Positions 43,477 to 51,925 of a DNA stretch of 64,000 bases are shown in pieces. A program made the position numbers and the translations under genes. The notes below the pieces were generated by a model that worked only from the letters and a program-made list of their open reading frames with translations, was not told where the DNA came from and made no database searches. The stretch spans positions 2,496,001 to 2,560,000 of the forward strand of contig CBDEGZ010000003.1 of the NCBI GenBank assembly GCA_965238175.1, written 5' to 3'. This stretch comes from Gammaproteobacteria bacterium (GTDB lineage: Bacteria; Pseudomonadota; Gammaproteobacteria; CAJXQU01). The stretch's first letter is position 1; the number at the start of each line of letters is the position of its first letter.

Positions 43477-44880
43477 ATGGCTGACAAATCAATTAACTGC
43501 CCTGAGTGTGGAACAGAGATCGAAATCTCGACAGTGCTTTCTCAGCAGATCGAAAATGATCTGAAAAAAGAAAATGATCAAAAAACCCTAAAAGCGGTTG
43601 AAGATGCAAAGAAAAAATCATTAGAAGATTTCTCTATAGAAAGGAAAAGATTTGAACTGCAATTCGAAGAACAAAATAGCAAACTCGCAAAAGCTTCCGA
43701 AAGAGAATTGCAGATAAAAAAACAACAGCATGATCTAGAAACACAGAAACAACAATTTGAGCAAGAACTTGAATCCCGTTTAAAGCAAAGAGAACATACC
43801 TTACGCGAGAAAATCAAACAGAAGGCTAAACAAGATTTAGCAATGGAATTCAATGATCTACAAGAACAACTTAAAGAAAAGGACTTACGTGTTGAAGAGG
43901 CACAGGTAAAAGAAATAGAGATCCGTAAACAGGCTCGTCAACTAGAAGAAAAACAAAAAAATATTGAGCTTGAGTTTCAACGTAAAATTGATCAAGAACG
44001 AAAAGAGATAGAAGACAAAATCAGTAAACAGTTTTCAGATGAATCAAATCTGAAATTGAGAGAAAAACAAAAACAGATAGATGATCTACGAAGATCTCTA
44101 GAAAATGCAAAACGCAAAAGCGAACAAGGTTCAATGGAAACACAAGGTGAAGTGTTAGAGCTTGATCTTGAGCATCGACTAAATAATGAATTTTCTCACG
44201 ACACTATTTCACCCGTTCCAAAAGGGATCAAAGGTGCTGACATTATCCAAAATGTCAGAGACACAGCCATAAACGAATGTGGCAAAATTATCTGGGAAGC
44301 TAAAAATACCAAAAACTGGTCACCGCTTTGGCTACCAAAACTCAAGGATGATCAAAGAGAAATCGGCGCTAGTATTGCAATCCTAGTTACAGTTGCATTA
44401 CCAGAGTCTATATCAAGTTTTGGAATGATCGATGGTGTTTGGGTAACTGATGTCAAATCTGCCTTACCACTGGCCTCTGCGTTACGTGAACAACTTATTC
44501 AAATCAATTTCGCTCGTAACGCTTCTCAAGGCAAAGGGGAAAAGATGGAAGATATGTTCAACTATCTTTCCGGAGATGAATTCAAACAACGTGTCGAAGC
44601 CATTGTTGAAACTTTTAGTAATATGCAAGATCAGTTAAACCGAGAAAAACGTGCAATGGAAAAGATTTGGAAAGAAAGAGAAAAACAAATCCAGCGAATC
44701 ACGACAAATACAATTGGAATGTACGCAGATGTTCGTGGAATTATTGGATCATCTATTCAAACAATTCCCGCACTAGAACTAGACAACCTCGAAATAAACC
44801 AACAAAAACAAGCCTATACGGAACTAGTTCACACTACTCAAACAGAAACAACGACACAAAACGAGAAACCTAAACAGTAA
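43477..44880 (+). CDS. DUF2130 domain coiled-coil protein
   Basis: N-terminal CPEC, long coiled coil, QGEVLE, GADIIQ..WEAKNTKNWS (PD-(D/E)xK-like). Confidence 0.85.
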   Translation: MADKSINCPECGTEIEISTVLSQQIENDLKKENDQKTLKAVEDAKKKSLEDFSIERKRFELQFEEQNSKLAKASERELQIKKQQHDLETQKQQFEQELESRLKQREHTLREKIKQKAKQDLAMEFNDLQEQLKEKDLRVEEAQVKEIEIRKQARQLEEKQKNIELEFQRKIDQERKEIEDKISKQFSDESNLKLREKQKQIDDLRRSLENAKRKSEQGSMETQGEVLELDLEHRLNNEFSHDTISPVPKGIKGADIIQNVRDTAINECGKIIWEAKNTKNWSPLWLPKLKDDQREIGASIAILVTVALPESISSFGMIDGVWVTDVKSALPLASALREQLIQINFARNASQGKGEKMEDMFNYLSGDEFKQRVEAIVETFSNMQDQLNREKRAMEKIWKEREKQIQRITTNTIGMYADVRGIIGSSIQTIPALELDNLEINQQKQAYTELVHTTQTETTTQNEKPKQ

Positions 44881-44985
44881 ACGTGACATCTTTCTGTCAC
44901 TAACCTTTTGTTATACCAACCAATATAAAAATAGTGGCAGATAGAACTAAAGAAATTTAGCTTACCAACCGATATACATTTTAGC

Positions 44986-45097
44986 AGTGATTGCACACGG
45001 ACATGCGCACCTGCTACTTTGCGGACACGGATTGTCCGCAATTTAACCCGGCCAAGGAAGGCCACCCTACTTCCCGGACTCCTAATCCGGGAGTTTT
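44986..45097 (+). ncRNA. Putative CsrA/RsmA-sequestering sRNA (RsmY/RsmZ-like)
   Basis: GC-rich island with GGA motifs in hairpin loops (GCACACGGACATGC; GCGGACACGGATTGTCCGC; GGCCAAGGAAGGCC), a 3' hairpin TCCCGGA-N7-TCCGGGA followed by GTTTT, and TACATT -10-like at 44975. Ends are approximate. Confidence 0.6.
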
Positions 45098-45110
45098 GGT
45101 GGCTTGTCAA

Positions 45111-45124
45111 GTCAATTTTCTGAC
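45111..45124. promoter_or_regulatory. FleQ/FlrA-like enhancer-binding-protein site
   Basis: GTCAATTTTCTGAC (reverse complement GTCAGAAAATTGAC), about 120 bp upstream of a sigma54 promoter. Confidence 0.5.
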
Positions 45125-45241
45125 GACCAATTCACAGAATAATAGCATCATTCAATCTCTAAAACACCAGCTCCCCCTCTAAAACATTATAAATATCGTG
45201 TCTTCATTCTATATTCCTGTTTTTACGGGAAATAAAATTTC

Positions 45242-45257
45242 TGGCACAGCATATGCA
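45242..45257 (+). promoter_or_regulatory. Sigma54 (-24/-12) promoter
   Basis: TGGCAC-AGCAT-ATGCA with GG and GC separated by 10 bp. Confidence 0.7.
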
Positions 45258-45267
45258 TTATTTGAAA

Positions 45268-45346
45268 CGTAACATGTCATCCCTGACTGTTACGCTCCTC
45301 CCTTTGGGCTTATATTGGCACCTTTATTAAAGGTGCCATTTTTTTT
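45268..45346 (+). ncRNA. Putative sigma54-dependent base-pairing sRNA (~80 nt)
   Basis: Begins ~12 nt after the -12 GC. 5' hairpin CGTAACA-TGTCA-TCCC-TGAC-TGTTACG, linker CTCCTCCC, terminator TGGCACCTTT-ATT-AAAGGTGCCA-T8. Confidence 0.6.
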
Positions 45347-45417
45347 GCCTGCCGTTTAACATTCAAATAGAATCCCCTTCCTAACAATTAGATTCAATTC
45401 ATTATCACGAGGCGAAA

Positions 45418-45912
45418 ATGTCTACAATAAGATTTTTGATCACAGGTGGAACCATTGATAAGGTTTACAATGAAATAAATGGAAGCCTGATCTTCGATCA
45501 AACTCATATGCATTCAATGCTAGAACAAGCAAGGTGTAACGTTGGTATATCTACAGAGACAATCATGCTAAAAGATAGTCTTGAAATGGACAATACGGAT
45601 CGAGAGTTAATCAATAAAAAATGTCAGTCGTCTGAAGAATCGTTGATCATTATCTCTCATGGAACAGATACGATGGTCGAAACCGCAGCAGTTCTTGCAG
45701 AACATGTATCCAACAAAACTATTATCCTGTTTGGAGCGATGATCCCATTTACAATCAATTATTCAGATAGCCTGTTCAATCTCGGTTGTGCGATCACAGC
45801 CGTTCAATGCCTCGAAAACGGGGTTTACATTTCTATGAATGGCAAAGTCTTCCCGTGGAATAATGTGATGAAAAACAAGGTGAAAGGTATATTTCAAACA
45901 AAGAAAGTTTAA
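45418..45912 (+). CDS. Short asparaginase-domain protein
   Basis: TGGTIDK, KDSL and HGTDTM motifs; N-terminal domain only. Confidence 0.9.
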   Translation: MSTIRFLITGGTIDKVYNEINGSLIFDQTHMHSMLEQARCNVGISTETIMLKDSLEMDNTDRELINKKCQSSEESLIIISHGTDTMVETAAVLAEHVSNKTIILFGAMIPFTINYSDSLFNLGCAITAVQCLENGVYISMNGKVFPWNNVMKNKVKGIFQTKKV

Positions 45913-45940
45913 GTCTGAGCTACTACTGAACTAATACAGC

Positions 45941-46786
45941 TCATTCATACTTTTTAGCTTCTTCCCAAAGTGTATCCATTTCCTCTAGGCTCGCTTGTTC
46001 GGCAGTTTTATTTTTAAGCATTAAGCGAGATTCAATATATCGAAACCGTCGTTCAAATTTACTATTTGAGCGCCGTAATGCCTTTTCTGGATCAACCTTG
46101 AGATGACGCGCCAGATTTACACAAACGCATAGTAAATCACCAACCTCATCCTCAATCTTGTCTTGTCCAAGGTTTTCATTAATTGCTTCATGGATTTCAC
46201 CTACCTCTTCTTTGAGTTTTTCCCAAATGGGTTCTATTGTCTGCCAGTCAAAACCAACCTTTGCGACACGATTTTGTATTTTTGCTGCTCGGGTTAACGC
46301 GGGTAAGATAAGCGGAATATTATCCATTTGACTTTGAGTATCTTTAATTTGAGCATTTTGGCTTTGAATATTTTTTTGGGCAAGCTTTTGCTGTCGTTCG
46401 TCTTTTTTGATCGCGTCCCAGGCTATCGACAGCTCATTATCATCAAGTGCTTGATCCCTATGATCTCGATCAAAAATATGTGGATGCCGACGTATCAACT
46501 TCTCACTAATACCATTCACAACATCATTGAAATCAAAGTCGTTTCTTTCTTTTCCAATTTGAGCATAAAAGACTATCTGGAATAATAAATCACCCAGTTC
46601 CTCACGAAGATCGGCTATCTCACCGTTTTCTATCGCATCAATTACCTCATAAACCTCTTCAAGTGTATGTGGAACGATAGTTTTATAGGTTTGTTTGAGA
46701 TCCCATCGACAGCCACACTCTGGATCGCGCAATTTTTCCATTATTTCCAATAATGTTTCTATCGATTGTGATCCAATTTGACTCAT
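45941..46786 (-). CDS. mazG: Nucleoside triphosphate pyrophosphohydrolase MazG
   Basis: LRDPECGCRWD..Q, EEVYE, EELGDLL and KLIRRHPH motifs, second MazG domain. Confidence 0.96.
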   Translation of the reverse strand: MSQIGSQSIETLLEIMEKLRDPECGCRWDLKQTYKTIVPHTLEEVYEVIDAIENGEIADLREELGDLLFQIVFYAQIGKERNDFDFNDVVNGISEKLIRRHPHIFDRDHRDQALDDNELSIAWDAIKKDERQQKLAQKNIQSQNAQIKDTQSQMDNIPLILPALTRAAKIQNRVAKVGFDWQTIEPIWEKLKEEVGEIHEAINENLGQDKIEDEVGDLLCVCVNLARHLKVDPEKALRRSNSKFERRFRYIESRLMLKNKTAEQASLEEMDTLWEEAKKYE

Positions 46787-46860
46787 AGGCCTTCCTGTTG
46801 TTTTAATTAGTAGCTTAAGTTGCTACAAAATTTAGATCATATCACTTTGATATTGTTACT

Positions 46861-47433
46861 ATGACAACACCACTGATTTTAAGACTCGATACCTCAGGTT
46901 CGCCAATGACCTGGATCCCTTGGGAAGACGCAGTCAATCTTTACACCAGGGATATGGTAGCGTGGACAGCAGGCGAAAGCATGTTCACTTTTCATGGTGG
47001 ATTAAGTCGTTTAACTGGCTTACGTTCAAAAGTTTCGATCAATTCCATTATTGCGATAAAACGTGCCAGTCAAAGCAAGTATGTCCGTCGTTCTATCCCG
47101 CCACTTAATAACCGTGAGCTGTTTTTCCGCGACGGAAATCTTTGTATGTATTGCGGTAAAGAATATCGCGACTTAATGTTAACACGCGATCATGTCAAAC
47201 CGGTGTCTCGCGGTGGTTTAGATCGGTGGTCGAATGTTGTTACCGCCTGCCGCACATGTAATACACGCAAGGGCAACCGGTTTCCTGAAGAAGCGAGCAT
47301 GCCTCTCTTAGCGATCCCTTATGTTCCAAACTGGGCCGAATATTTAGCTTTATCTAACCGACGGATTCTCATCGATCAAATGGATTTTCTAAAAGGCCAA
47401 TTTAAACAAGGCGATCGTTTGCTCAGCTTCTAG
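46861..47433 (+). CDS. HNH endonuclease family protein
   Basis: RD..CMYCG...LTRDHVKPVSRGG..WSNVVTACRTCN..K. Confidence 0.92.
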   Translation: MTTPLILRLDTSGSPMTWIPWEDAVNLYTRDMVAWTAGESMFTFHGGLSRLTGLRSKVSINSIIAIKRASQSKYVRRSIPPLNNRELFFRDGNLCMYCGKEYRDLMLTRDHVKPVSRGGLDRWSNVVTACRTCNTRKGNRFPEEASMPLLAIPYVPNWAEYLALSNRRILIDQMDFLKGQFKQGDRLLSF

Positions 47434-47523
47434 CTCAAATAATGAAGAATCTTTATGCGTAGCGATCCCTATCAGTAACCCCAAACTTGAAATAAAATCA
47501 TTTCTTAAAAAATAAACAACATA

Positions 47524-48690
47524 ATGAAAACATCTCAACGCATGGATGCGGTTCAATCTCCTGTTATCCCCATTGTTGGTCAACTAATTAAAGATAATCC
47601 CGGGACGCTTTCTCTGGCTCAGGGTGTTGTCTATTTTCAACCCCCAGCGCAAGCGTTGGATAAAATCGCTGGTTTTGGAAATCAACCATCGGACCATTTA
47701 TACGCCAGTGTTCAAGGCATTCCAGAATTGATCAAGATAATTGAAGATAAATTACATAAAGAAAATGGTGTAACAAGTACGTTATCTAAAAGAATTGTTG
47801 TCACGGCCGGCGCGAACATGGCATTTCTTAATGCGCTTTATTCAATTACAGATCCTGACGATGAGATTATTCTGCCGACACCCTGTTATTTCAATCATGA
47901 AATGGCGATCCGTATGGTCAATTGTAGGCCCGTTTTGGTCAAAACTGATGATGTCTTTCAAATAGATGTTGATCAACTAAGAGCATCTATCACACCAAAA
48001 ACGCGCGCTATTGTCACCATTTCACCCAACAACCCCACTGGAACAGTCTATCCTGAAGAAACATTAAGAGCCATAAACAGTCTCTGTCGCGAAAATGAGA
48101 TTTATCATATTTGCGATGAAGCCTACGAATATTTTAGTTTTGATCAGGTTCAGCATTTTTCATCTGCATCAATACCTGAATCACAAAATCATACTATCAG
48201 CCTCTATTCACTCTCGAAAGCATATGGGTTTGCTAGCTGGCGCATTGGTTATATGCTTATCCCAGAAAAACTCTATATGCCCATTGCGAAAGCGCAAGAT
48301 ACTAATCTTATTTGTGCAAGCGTTATTGCACAAAATGCGGCTATTGGAGCGATGGAGCTTGGGGCTGAATACTGCCAGGAAAAGTTTTCTGAGATTAACG
48401 AGTCTCGGCTTCTAATTATAAAAGAATTGGAAACGATCAAAAACTGCTGTACATTTCCGATACCAATGGGTGCTTTTTACTTTTTCTTAAAAGTAAAAAC
48501 CCACTTAGACTCAATGACATTAGTCAAGAAATTAATTGAAACATACAAGGTTGCTGTTCTGCCAGGCAACATGTTTGGTATGAACGAGGGTTGCTACTTA
48601 AGAGTCTCGTTCGGCGCATTACAATCTGAGGCAGTCGTTGATGGAATTCGAAGACTCACTAAAGGTTTAACTGAAATCTGTCACAAATAA
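47524..48690 (+). CDS. PLP-dependent aminotransferase class I/II
   Basis: SPNNPTG, DEAY and SLSKAYGFASWRIGY motifs. Confidence 0.93.
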   Translation: MKTSQRMDAVQSPVIPIVGQLIKDNPGTLSLAQGVVYFQPPAQALDKIAGFGNQPSDHLYASVQGIPELIKIIEDKLHKENGVTSTLSKRIVVTAGANMAFLNALYSITDPDDEIILPTPCYFNHEMAIRMVNCRPVLVKTDDVFQIDVDQLRASITPKTRAIVTISPNNPTGTVYPEETLRAINSLCRENEIYHICDEAYEYFSFDQVQHFSSASIPESQNHTISLYSLSKAYGFASWRIGYMLIPEKLYMPIAKAQDTNLICASVIAQNAAIGAMELGAEYCQEKFSEINESRLLIIKELETIKNCCTFPIPMGAFYFFLKVKTHLDSMTLVKKLIETYKVAVLPGNMFGMNEGCYLRVSFGALQSEAVVDGIRRLTKGLTEICHK

Positions 48691-48749
48691 TAGAGACATA
48701 AAACGAACTTTTATCATCAAACCAGTCTATTCAATACATAAGGAAAAAT

Positions 48750-49148
48750 ATGAAAAAAATAATAATGGGAATATTGCTGGCAGTATTCGTATCAGGATTC
48801 AGTCTAAATAACATGGCTGCAGATCCAGAAGGAAATTATGCTATATGGGGTGAAGGCAGCTCGTCCTGCTTTAAATATAGCAAAGCACGTGCTGCAGAAA
48901 AAGACGATAACTATAAAGCCTATCTACGTGGATATCTAACCTCTTACAACACCATTTCTGATGATACTTACAGTATCAGTGGAAAAATGAATCTAACCGA
49001 AATGATGGGTTGGCTTGATAATTATTGTGATGAAAAAGCTATTGATAGTATTGACCGTGCCATCCAAATGCTGATTACTGAAGTTGAAAATGACCGCTAT
49101 CGAACACCTAACACGCAAGGGATCACTGAAGGTTGGGGTAAAAAATAA
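48750..49148 (+). CDS. Hypothetical secreted protein
   Basis: Signal peptide, two Cys (SSSC...WLDNYC), AAGGA RBS. Confidence 0.75.
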   Translation: MKKIIMGILLAVFVSGFSLNNMAADPEGNYAIWGEGSSSCFKYSKARAAEKDDNYKAYLRGYLTSYNTISDDTYSISGKMNLTEMMGWLDNYCDEKAIDSIDRAIQMLITEVENDRYRTPNTQGITEGWGKK

Positions 49149-49150
49149 TA

Positions 49151-49783
49151 GTGGAGTTAAGCAGTTCCAATTTTAGTGATCAAATTAAACAGTTTCTTTA
49201 TCCCCAACAAAGTTGTCGGTACTCAGTCTGTGAAAAAGAAAATGATCTCAAACGAGCAGCGGTCTTAATTCCGCTAGTGGATATTGAAAATCAGGGTTTA
49301 TCTATTTTGTTAACAACCAGAACACAACACCTTCATCACCATGCTGGACAAATTAGTTTACCTGGCGGAATGTTAGATAAAGCATCAGATTTAACGCCTA
49401 TCGATACAGCTATTCGAGAAACTCATGAAGAAATTGGTATTTCTACAGAATTTATTGATATTGTCGGAGGGCTAGATCACTATCCAACCAATTCTGGTTT
49501 TGTTGTAACGCCTATCGTTGGCAGGATCCTTCCGGGATTTTCCCTACAAGCTGATCCCTTCGAAGTAGAAGAGATTTTCACAGTGCCACTGAAATTTATT
49601 TTTGATCAAAAAAATCATCATAAGTGTATATATAAAGATCAACAACGTGGCAGTTTTTACTATCAAATCAGCTATAATAATAAACGAATATGGGGAATTA
49701 CAGCAGCAGTATTAGTCAATTTTTACAATAAGTTAAAGGACAATTATCCTCTTTTTTATGAACTTATACCGCAAAACAGCTAA
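49151..49783 (+). CDS. nudL: Nudix CoA pyrophosphatase (NudL-like)
   Basis: AAVLIPL, LLTTR...HAGQISLPGG, AIRETHEEIG and IWGITA motifs. Confidence 0.88.
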   Translation: MELSSSNFSDQIKQFLYPQQSCRYSVCEKENDLKRAAVLIPLVDIENQGLSILLTTRTQHLHHHAGQISLPGGMLDKASDLTPIDTAIRETHEEIGISTEFIDIVGGLDHYPTNSGFVVTPIVGRILPGFSLQADPFEVEEIFTVPLKFIFDQKNHHKCIYKDQQRGSFYYQISYNNKRIWGITAAVLVNFYNKLKDNYPLFYELIPQNS

Positions 49784-49865
49784 CAATGATTGCGAATCGT
49801 CATAAAATAGGTCATTATCCTGCCTGGGCATTCTAATTTTTTATATCTTTAACTGGAGATTATCT

Positions 49866-50150
49866 ATGAAAAAAACAATCCATCTTTCTGCATTAATTCT
49901 TACCGCTGGTCTAGTTACCGGTTGTAGTTCTATCACTGTAGAACAACTTGATGAAGTAAGAGCGACAGCAAACAATGCTTTGTCTGAAGCACGGGCAGCT
50001 CAAGGCACCGCTAACAACGCTTTAAGTGTTGCCAATGACGCTCTTTCAACAGCTGCAAATGCAGAATCAGCCGCTAACCGTGCTCAAACTTGCTGTAATG
50101 CTAACTCAGAACGTCTTGATCGCGCATTTTCAAGAGCAATGAGTAAGTAA
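49866..50150 (+). CDS. Lpp/OprI-family alanine-zipper lipoprotein
   Basis: Lipobox LVTGC, Ala-rich heptads, C-terminal ERLDRAFSRAMSK ending in Lys. Confidence 0.88.
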   Translation: MKKTIHLSALILTAGLVTGCSSITVEQLDEVRATANNALSEARAAQGTANNALSVANDALSTAANAESAANRAQTCCNANSERLDRAFSRAMSK

Positions 50151-50182
50151 AAAAAGATCAAGCATACAATAATAGCTTGGCC

Positions 50183-50214
50183 AAAAAGGTCGCTTTTAAA
50201 ATGCGGCCTTTTTT
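50183..50214. terminator. Bidirectional terminator
   Basis: AAAAAGGTCGC...GCGGCCTTTTTT between convergent genes. Confidence 0.75.
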
Positions 50215-50269
50215 ATGTCTGATTTCTTAATATTCACAACCTGCAGTTCCAGGTGGCACGGGTATATAC

Positions 50270-51517
50270 TTAAAAAAGATCTGAATAACTCGATTGTTGT
50301 TGTGATCCTGCTCCATCAACATTTTCGATTTTTTTAACATCAGTCGTCTCATATTCGCCGATATGATTGTTTATTATTAATTTTTCATCTAATTCTGAAC
50401 CAGACTCCGCACCTTCAAGGTCACTGTTACTAAACGATTTCATTTCCCCAAATCCAACAAGCGTTGGAATTCCTGTTTGTTTTTGGGATACCCTCCTCAA
50501 AGAATTCCAATCAATCTTACCGTTATCACTGTTATTGCTTAAATTGTCCTGATTTTGCATTTTTTCCATCGCTTTGCTGATTAATTTAACTAACTGCTGA
50601 TAATCTTCCTGCGAATTGTTCTTTGCTTCTTCCAAAGATGGATGTGCTTCAACATACAGTTTCCCTCTTAACCAACCAGCTTTGTATGGTTGATCAATAA
50701 TTTGCACCTTCGTACCCACTTTCGTAATCCCAAAAAGCTCTTCAATGTCCTTAGGGTAAAGTCGGATACATCCATGCGTTACCCGCATCCCTAAACCATA
50801 GGGTTTATTTGTGCCATGGATCAAATAACCCCGCTTGCCCAACCTCATCGCAAATTGCCCTAGAGGATTATCGGGTCCGGCAGGAACAACATCTGGTAGA
50901 GGATCTCCCATTTCAGCATGCTCTTTTTTGATCGATTCTGGTGGTGTCCAGGTAGGATCTTTTTTCTTGCCGATAATCGAAGTCGAACCATAGGGTGTTG
51001 CCCAGTCCTGTCTCCCGATACTAATCGGATAAGTCACGACTACTGCCTGCTCATCGCGCTTTGGCTTCGGGTAATAATATAGCCGCATTTCTGGAACATT
51101 GATAACAATGCCTTTCTTTGGGACATCAGGCAAAACATAATAACTTGGAATAATAACTTCCGTTCCATCACCTGGCAGCCATGGATCAACACCCGGATTT
51201 GCATGCTGCATCTCCCGGAAACCTTGATCATAGGCCCAAGCCAGATCGGAAATAGTATCTTCATAACGAGTCGTAGTAAGACTGATCGCACCAATTACAG
51301 AATCACCATTTTCCGGTAACAAATAGGTTTCAGCCCATAAGATCTGCGATGAAAATATTGACAGAAATAAAACTAAGGAACCTTTGATTAAGTCTGAGCG
51401 AAGTAGTTTGTAACTCAAACTATTCGTAATCAAGGCGTGAATCGCACGTAATAGCGAGCTACTGCGAAGATTTACAACGCAGAGTACGGATAGTTTGGGC
51501 GCAAGATACGAGTTCAT
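50270..51517 (-). CDS. L,D-transpeptidase (ErfK/YcfS/YbiS family)
   Basis: ANPGVDPWLP, INVPEMRLYYY, PAGPDNPLG and IHGTN...THGCIRL motifs. Start may lie further downstream. Confidence 0.94.
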   Translation of the reverse strand: MNSYLAPKLSVLCVVNLRSSSLLRAIHALITNSLSYKLLRSDLIKGSLVLFLSIFSSQILWAETYLLPENGDSVIGAISLTTTRYEDTISDLAWAYDQGFREMQHANPGVDPWLPGDGTEVIIPSYYVLPDVPKKGIVINVPEMRLYYYPKPKRDEQAVVVTYPISIGRQDWATPYGSTSIIGKKKDPTWTPPESIKKEHAEMGDPLPDVVPAGPDNPLGQFAMRLGKRGYLIHGTNKPYGLGMRVTHGCIRLYPKDIEELFGITKVGTKVQIIDQPYKAGWLRGKLYVEAHPSLEEAKNNSQEDYQQLVKLISKAMEKMQNQDNLSNNSDNGKIDWNSLRRVSQKQTGIPTLVGFGEMKSFSNSDLEGAESGSELDEKLIINNHIGEYETTDVKKIENVDGAGSQQQSSYSDLF

Positions 51518-51553
51518 GACTTAATCAGAAGTTCCTCAAGTACAGCTTTTTAA

Positions 51554-51925
51554 TCATTGTTTTATCATGCCTATTACAAGTACTAACCAGCCAACTAAAA
51601 AAGCTAATCCACCAATGGGTGTAATCATTCCAAATTGACGGATTTCAAAGAGTGCTAGTAAATAAAGACTGCCAGAAAATAGAATAATTCCACTAACAAG
51701 CAACCAGCCGGCCAGTTTTAGTGATCCAATGCCGGAATAAAGATGTATTAAGACACCGATTAAAATCAATCCTAACGCATGAATCAATTGATATAACACT
51801 CCCGTCTGCCAGACGGCAAGCATTTGTTCAGAAAGCCTGTCGCGTAGAGCATGAGCACCGAACGCACCGAAACCAACACCCAAAAAGGCCCCGAAACCTC
51901 CAGTTGCGATAAAAAATTTAGCCAT
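51554..51925 (-). CDS. DUF423 (YgdD/TMEM256) membrane protein
   Basis: GAFGAHAL, YQLIHA, FSGSLY and TPIGG motifs. Confidence 0.92.
   Translation of the reverse strand: MAKFFIATGGFGAFLGVGFGAFGAHALRDRLSEQMLAVWQTGVLYQLIHALGLILIGVLIHLYSGIGSLKLAGWLLVSGIILFSGSLYLLALFEIRQFGMITPIGGLAFLVGWLVLVIGMIKQ

Noticed and set aside
44838-45182. ORFs 44838-45110 (minus) and 44991-45182 (plus)
   Set aside because: TTG starts, no RBS, no motifs; the region is better explained by RNA hairpins.
45316-45338. Second TGGCAC as another sigma54 promoter
   Set aside because: No GC at the -12 position on the plus strand; it is one arm of the terminator stem.
45941-47433. MazG plus HNH nuclease as an anti-phage system
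   Set aside because: MazG is the ordinary two-domain housekeeping type, the genes are divergent, and the context is core metabolism with no defence-island features.
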